Shown: positions 59,366 to 64,000 of the stretch, piece after piece
Layout of the letters: each line of letters begins with the position of its first letter
How positions within the stretch are numbered: position 1 is the stretch's first letter
IMG/VR virus record: IMGVR_UViG_3300046777_001387
Coordinates: 19,697-83,696 of that record
Source of the DNA: a virus
Length of the DNA stretch: 64,000 nucleotides
Strand: one strand, 5' to 3'
The notes under the pieces: model-generated
What the model was told of the DNA's origin: nothing
The model's database searches: none
Seen by the model: only the letters and a program-made list of their open reading frames with translations
Position numbers and translations under genes: made by a program

Positions 59366-59763
59366 TGGAAGAACAGATTAAATTTCTAAAGCTTCGTACA
59401 GGTGAGGATATTGTTGCCTATACAGAAGACGACGGAGACTTTGTGAAGGTTAGACGTCCAGTTGTTATTATTATCGAGAACATCTTTGAAGAAGCAAGGC
59501 AGCTTCTTAATGTTAGAGAGTGGCTACCGTTGATCGTTGTTAGAGACGAATCGATCAGTCTTTCAAGAACAGAAATCGTAGCATCACTGGATGTTAATGA
59601 TGAGTTCTTGGAACAGTATAAAGAACTGTGTGAAATGTTCTTTGATACTAAGCCTACCATCAAGAAGAAAAAGAAGAAGGTTATTGATGGAGACGATAAG
59701 GTTATCTCTATGGCTGAAGCGATTGCTAGCCTAGTTGAGAAGAAAGATAAACCTATTCACTAA
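59365..59763 (+). CDS. Conserved hypothetical protein between uvsW and gp55 (possible Sm-like fold)
   Basis: 'IKFLKLRTGEDIVA...V..P...W.P' pattern and conserved position in T4-like phages; the fold call is tentative. Confidence 0.7.
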   Translation: MEEQIKFLKLRTGEDIVAYTEDDGDFVKVRRPVVIIIENIFEEARQLLNVREWLPLIVVRDESISLSRTEIVASLDVNDEFLEQYKELCEMFFDTKPTIKKKKKKVIDGDDKVISMAEAIASLVEKKDKPIH

Positions 59764-59800
59764 GAGTCTTAAAGTGGTCTCATTCATAGACCACACAGTG

Positions 59801-59829
59801 ATTATACCCATGGGATGGAAAACGGTCAA
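59801..59829 (-). promoter_or_regulatory. Antisense sigma70-type promoter just upstream of gp55
   Basis: Minus strand reads TTGACC (59829-24), 17 nt, TATAAT (59806-01). Confidence 0.75.
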
Positions 59830-59835
59830 GTAATT

Positions 59836-60360
59836 ATGGCAAAAAAACACTATATTGATAATGAATTGTTCCTCAAGGAGATGACGGCGCACCGCAAAGC
59901 TGTAAAGAAAGCAAAGAAAGATGGACTGCCGAAGCCAAGGCTTCCTGAGTACGTTGGTAAGTGCTTCATGCAGATTGCTGAAAACCTCTCACACAGACCT
60001 AACTTCCTGTCGTATACATTTAGAGATGAAATGATCTCGGACGCAGTAGAGAACTGTGTCATGTACGCAGATAATTTTGATCCTGTGAAATCGAAAAATC
60101 CATTTGCCTATTTTACTCAGATAGTTTATTATGCATTCTTGCGCAGAATTCAACGCGAGAAGAAACAACTGTACGTCAAGTACAAGTCCACTGAGATGAT
60201 CGGTGTAACTGATGAGTACGATCAGTTGGAATCTGACGATGGCATGACTCGTCAGTTTGAGATGTATGATAATATCTCAACGTTCATCGAGAACTTCGAG
60301 GCAGCTAAACGCGCAAAGAAAAAGTCGAAGGTAAATCTAGAAAAGTTTATTGAAGAATGA
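59836..60360 (+). CDS. gp55: Late-transcription sigma factor gp55
   Basis: 'HYIDN..F', 'YVG.CF..IA..LS..PNF..Y', 'EMI.D' and 'NPFAYFTQI.YYAF.RRI..EKKQ'. Start placed at the in-frame ATG 59836 (MAKKHY) rather than 59815. Confidence 0.96.
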   Translation: MAKKHYIDNELFLKEMTAHRKAVKKAKKDGLPKPRLPEYVGKCFMQIAENLSHRPNFLSYTFRDEMISDAVENCVMYADNFDPVKSKNPFAYFTQIVYYAFLRRIQREKKQLYVKYKSTEMIGVTDEYDQLESDDGMTRQFEMYDNISTFIENFEAAKRAKKKSKVNLEKFIEE

Positions 60361-61421
60361 AGCTTGTAATATTAGGTGACACACATATCGGCTGTCGTAA
60401 TGACAGTCCGGTATTTCATGAGTTGTACAAGAACTTCTATACGAAGACTCTGTTTCCGTATATGAAGGATCATGGCATTAAGGCTATCCTACAGCTAGGC
60501 GACTTGTTTGATCGCCGTAAGTATATCAACTTCTATACTCTGAAGGCATCGAAGCAATACTTCTTCGATCCGATGAAAGAGATGGGAGTTGAGTTTCATA
60601 CTCTGCTCGGCAACCACGACGTCTATTTCAAGAACACTCTTGAAGTCAACTCGACCCAGCTAGTGCTTGGTGAGTATGATAACGTGTTCATCTATGACAA
60701 TCCTACCACGATCAACTTCGATGGATTGGACGTTGACGTTATTCCTTGGATCTGCGACTCCAATGAAAAGGAAGCTGTAGAGTTTATCTCTAATTCTAAG
60801 TCAGAGTTTTGTGCAGGTCACTTCGAGCTAGCTGGCTTTGAAATGGATCGCGGCAATATTTGTCATGAGGGTTGGGACGCTGTAAAGCTATCTCGTTATG
60901 AGGTTGTGTTCACAGGTCACTTCCACCACCGTTCTATCAAGAACAATATTCTGTACGTTGGCAGTCCCGGTGAAATTACTTGGGCAGACTATGACGATCC
61001 TCGTGGGTTTCATGTGTTCGATACAGAGACCCGCGAGATTGAGTTTGTGCAGAACCCGCATACTATCTTCCGTAAGCATATCTACAATGATGAGAAGTTC
61101 TTCTACAATGACTTGAAGACCTTCGACTTTGAGCAGTACAAGGGAAAGTATGTGAAGGTGATTATCGAGAAGAAGACAAATACCTTCTTGTTCGATTCCT
61201 TCATGGATCATATCAACCGCGCTGGTCCTATTGACCTTTCAGTTGTTGAAGACTTCACAGAAATTAACTCTGTCGGTGATACAGCTGACGTTGATCAGGC
61301 TGACGACACTATCACCATCATCAATAAGGTTGTTGATGGACTTGAAATTGATTTGAATAAGTCGAAGCTGAAAGATATACTTAGAGGTGTTTACACCGAG
61401 GCGATCTCAATCGAGTCATGA
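60357..61421 (+). CDS. gp47: Recombination endonuclease subunit gp47 (Mre11/SbcD-like)
   Basis: Metallophosphoesterase motifs 'GDTHIG', 'GDLFD', 'GNHD' and 'GHFH'. Confidence 0.96.
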   Translation: MKLVILGDTHIGCRNDSPVFHELYKNFYTKTLFPYMKDHGIKAILQLGDLFDRRKYINFYTLKASKQYFFDPMKEMGVEFHTLLGNHDVYFKNTLEVNSTQLVLGEYDNVFIYDNPTTINFDGLDVDVIPWICDSNEKEAVEFISNSKSEFCAGHFELAGFEMDRGNICHEGWDAVKLSRYEVVFTGHFHHRSIKNNILYVGSPGEITWADYDDPRGFHVFDTETREIEFVQNPHTIFRKHIYNDEKFFYNDLKTFDFEQYKGKYVKVIIEKKTNTFLFDSFMDHINRAGPIDLSVVEDFTEINSVGDTADVDQADDTITIINKVVDGLEIDLNKSKLKDILRGVYTEAISIES

Positions 61422-63127
61422 TTAAATTTACACGCATATTCTGGAAGAACTTCCTATCGACAGGCAACGTTGGCGCTGAAGTATTCCTAGACAAGTATAA
61501 CAATACATTGATCGTTGGGGAAAACGGTGCCGGCAAGTCTACTATACTTGATGCGCTGACGTTCGCCCTTTTCGGTAAGCCATATCGCAATATTAACAAG
61601 CCGCAGCTAGTGAATTCCATCAACGCGAAGGAATGCCTAGTTGAGCTCAAGTTCAGTATTGCGGAGAACGAATACACTATCCGTCGAGGCATCAAGCCTA
61701 ACGTATTCGAGATTTTCCTGAACGACGAGTTAATGAATCAGGACGCTAAGGCAAAAGACTACCAAGATATGCTTGAGCGTATGATCATCAAGATGAACTA
61801 CAAGTCCTTTACACAGATTGTTATTCTTGGCGCTGCTTCGTTCACTCCGTTCATGCAGCTAGCAGCGGCTGATCGTCGTGCAGTTATTGAGGATCTATTG
61901 GATATCCAGATCTTCACTAGCATGAACATAGTTGTTAAGGATAAGCTGTCAGAACTCAAGGGACTGATTTCTGAAACCAAGATCCGGCTGGACAACGTGA
62001 AGGAAAAGATTGAACTGCATAAAGCTCACCTAGATGAGATGAAGAAGAACAATGCAGACATGGTCGAAAAGAAGAAAGCTGACATTACAACTCATGTAGA
62101 TAATCTGGCTGCGCTGAACGACCAGAAGACTCAGCTTGAGGCTGATATTGAATCGTTACTGCAGCAAGTAGTCAACTATGACAGCTTGGTTGAGAAAGAA
62201 AAGAAGCTGAATACCTTTGAAGCACGTATTGATGCGAACAAGGGCAAGCTAGAAAAAGAGATTCGATTCTATAACACCACAGACCAGTGCCCTACCTGTA
62301 AGCAAAACATCAACACAGACTTCAAGGCAGTGACCATTGAAGAATGTAACAAGACGATGGAAGAGTACAGCGATGGGCTGGCTAAACTGAAGGATCAAAA
62401 AGATGCAATCGTCGTACAAATCCAAGCAATCAAATCAACCCAGCGTAATATCAACCGTCTGGAAACAGATCTTGCTACAGTTAACAGTTCTATATCTCAC
62501 ACTAGAAGATACATACGCAAGCTTGAAGAAGAAGTTGAAGAGCTAGCCTCACCCAAGAAGATGAGTGCTGACTCTAAAGAGCAGTCTGAAAAGCTAGTAC
62601 AAGAACTGACTGATCTGCTGAATCAGCGCAAGACTGCCAACGAAGAAAAACAGTACTATGATGTCGCTGCGCAACTCCTTAAGGATGGCGGTATCAAGAC
62701 TAAGATCATCAAGCAGTATCTGCCAGTTATCAATAAGATGGTGAATAAGTATCTAGCCTCTATGGACTTCTTCGTCAACTTTAACATTGATGAAGAGTTT
62801 AAGGAAACCATCAAGTCTAGGCATCGTGACGATTTCAGTTATGAGAATTTTTCTGAAGGTGAAAAGCAGAAGATCGACTTGGCGCTGCTACTGACTTGGC
62901 GTTCTATTGCTAGACTGAAGAACAGCGTTAACACCAATTTGCTAATTCTGGATGAAACGTTTGATTCCAGCCTTGACGCTAAGGGTACTGATTCGCTGAT
63001 GCAGATTCTGCAAACTCTGCCAAACAATACAAACGTGTTCGTGATCTCGCACAAGGACCAACTGTTCGATAAGTTCACCAACGCCATTCGGTTTGAAAAG
63101 AAACAAAACTTCTCGAGGATAGTATGA
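61418..63127 (+). CDS. gp46: Recombination endonuclease subunit gp46 (Rad50/SbcC-like)
   Basis: 'GENGAGKST', zinc hook 'CPTC', 'FSEGEK', 'LLILDE' and 'VISH'. Confidence 0.97.
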   Translation: MIKFTRIFWKNFLSTGNVGAEVFLDKYNNTLIVGENGAGKSTILDALTFALFGKPYRNINKPQLVNSINAKECLVELKFSIAENEYTIRRGIKPNVFEIFLNDELMNQDAKAKDYQDMLERMIIKMNYKSFTQIVILGAASFTPFMQLAAADRRAVIEDLLDIQIFTSMNIVVKDKLSELKGLISETKIRLDNVKEKIELHKAHLDEMKKNNADMVEKKKADITTHVDNLAALNDQKTQLEADIESLLQQVVNYDSLVEKEKKLNTFEARIDANKGKLEKEIRFYNTTDQCPTCKQNINTDFKAVTIEECNKTMEEYSDGLAKLKDQKDAIVVQIQAIKSTQRNINRLETDLATVNSSISHTRRYIRKLEEEVEELASPKKMSADSKEQSEKLVQELTDLLNQRKTANEEKQYYDVAAQLLKDGGIKTKIIKQYLPVINKMVNKYLASMDFFVNFNIDEEFKETIKSRHRDDFSYENFSEGEKQKIDLALLLTWRSIARLKNSVNTNLLILDETFDSSLDAKGTDSLMQILQTLPNNTNVFVISHKDQLFDKFTNAIRFEKKQNFSRIV

Positions 63128-63684
63128 GTAAGAAACTAAAGTTTGTCAACGGGCAGATGGTTGAATATGAAATCTTTAAGCTAGTTGACCGCTATGATGA
63201 TATTCTTCGTGAACCGACAAAAGAAGTCGACTTCAATGACCCCAACGTCAACGTGCCGCATCTAGCTTTCTCGCTGGCAGAAACTCTGGGTGAACTCAAC
63301 GGACTGGGACTTTCAGCTAATCAAGTTGGACTGCCTTACAGAATGATGGCAGTAAACATGGGCGAAAAGATTTGGATCATGATCAACCCTAAAGTGATCA
63401 GCCGCAGTACTGACAGAACTGAATACAATGAAGGTTGTTTGTCGTTTCCGGGATTGTTCTTAAAGATTGGTAGACCCGAGTCAGTTGTTGTTGAGTTCCA
63501 AGCTATCGGCGGTGAGAAACTTACGCAAGAGTTCAACGGGCTGACTGCCACAGTTGTACAGCATGAGCTAGACCATTTAGACGGTATCGTGTTCACTGAC
63601 CTAGTTTCGCCCATCAAGCTTGATATAGCTAAGAGAAAAGTAAAAAGCAACATTCGAAAGTTAAAACGGCTCACCGGCACGTAA
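63124..63684 (+). CDS. def: Peptide deformylase
   Basis: All three PDF motifs are present: 'GLGLSANQ', 'EGCLS' and 'QHELDHLDG'. Confidence 0.96.
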   Translation: MSKKLKFVNGQMVEYEIFKLVDRYDDILREPTKEVDFNDPNVNVPHLAFSLAETLGELNGLGLSANQVGLPYRMMAVNMGEKIWIMINPKVISRSTDRTEYNEGCLSFPGLFLKIGRPESVVVEFQAIGGEKLTQEFNGLTATVVQHELDHLDGIVFTDLVSPIKLDIAKRKVKSNIRKLKRLTGT

Positions 63685-63695
63685 GTGGTTGATCC

Positions 63696-63721
63696 AGCAC
63701 GGGTTTTTAAAAACCCGTGCT
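63696..63721. terminator. Perfect 26-bp palindrome after def (terminator or operator)
   Basis: AGCACGGGTTTTTAAAAACCCGTGCT is its own reverse complement; only a short T run follows. Confidence 0.6.
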
Positions 63722-63800
63722 TTGAAAGTTAAAATCGCAGGAAATCACTGTGTTCGGCAGCCTCTGCCGTAAGTTGTTGATTCTATTCAGGTTTCCTCTG

Positions 63801-63829
63801 TTGCCTTTTTCTAGCCTTCGGTGTACAAT
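63801..63829 (+). promoter_or_regulatory. Sigma70-type early promoter
   Basis: TTGCCT (63801-06), 17 nt, TACAAT (63824-29); GAGGT RBS follows. Confidence 0.75.
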
Positions 63830-63856
63830 GCGGTTATCGAGTTGAGGTAACTGTAT

Positions 63857-64000
63857 ATGTCCGAGCTAGTAAAAACCAAGTCACTACTCGCCAAGCTGAT
63901 GGCGGCAGAGAATATCAACGTTCAGCACTCGAACGTTCCTACTGCCTACTTCGACCTGAGCTCGCGCACCATGGTCCTTCCTATCTGGAAGGATATGGAC
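63857..64000 (+). CDS. 3'-truncated CobT-like/putative metallopeptidase of T4-like phages
   Basis: MSELVKTKSLLAKLMAAENINVQHSNVPTAYFDLSSRTMVLPIWKDMD matches the 'LA.L.A.EN..V.H....TA.FD...R...LP.W' N-terminus of this family. Confidence 0.75.
   Translation, partial: MSELVKTKSLLAKLMAAENINVQHSNVPTAYFDLSSRTMVLPIWKDMD

Noticed and set aside
59815-59835. ORF-track start of gp55 at 59815
   Set aside because: The family-like sequence begins at MAKKHY (59836), and the extra codons coincide with the antisense promoter.
46156-63127. Introns, inteins or homing endonucleases in gp17, gp20, gp23, uvsW or gp46
   Set aside because: All have typical lengths and contiguous motifs; no HNH, GIY-YIG or LAGLIDADG ORF was recognised.
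1-64000. Stop-codon reassignment suggested by frequent CTAG/TAG
   Set aside because: Core genes are full length in the standard code, and TAG ends gp8, gp17 and ORF 20535 at sensible positions.

Overview
A 64-kb, almost entirely + strand segment of a T4-superfamily myophage, resembling environmental/cyanophage-type T4-likes rather than T-even coliphages. It carries the virion morphogenesis module: baseplate gp25-gp6-gp7-gp8, a split DUF4815/VrlC-like pair, then a ~26-kb fibre/collagen/adhesin island where T4 has gp9-gp12/wac, then gp13-gp23 and gp3. This is followed by uvsY, uvsW, gp55, gp47, gp46, a peptide deformylase and the start of a CobT-like/peptidase gene. The standard genetic code tiles the window; no tRNA, CRISPR array, intron, intein or transposase was seen. 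Most notable: (1) a modular fibre island with a shared N-terminal 'SSLPxGPQG' peptide, gp9/gp10-like domains inside collagen stalks, a 309-triplet Gln-rich, Pro-poor collagen and two S74-fibre/putative-adhesin pairs; (2) convergent near-consensus sigma70 promoters directly upstream of the late sigma gene gp55; (3) a gp67-like core protein extended into an apparent protease-cleavable polyprotein; (4) Ala-Asn enrichment in exposed virion proteins. All family assignments are from motif recognition and synteny, not from database searches.
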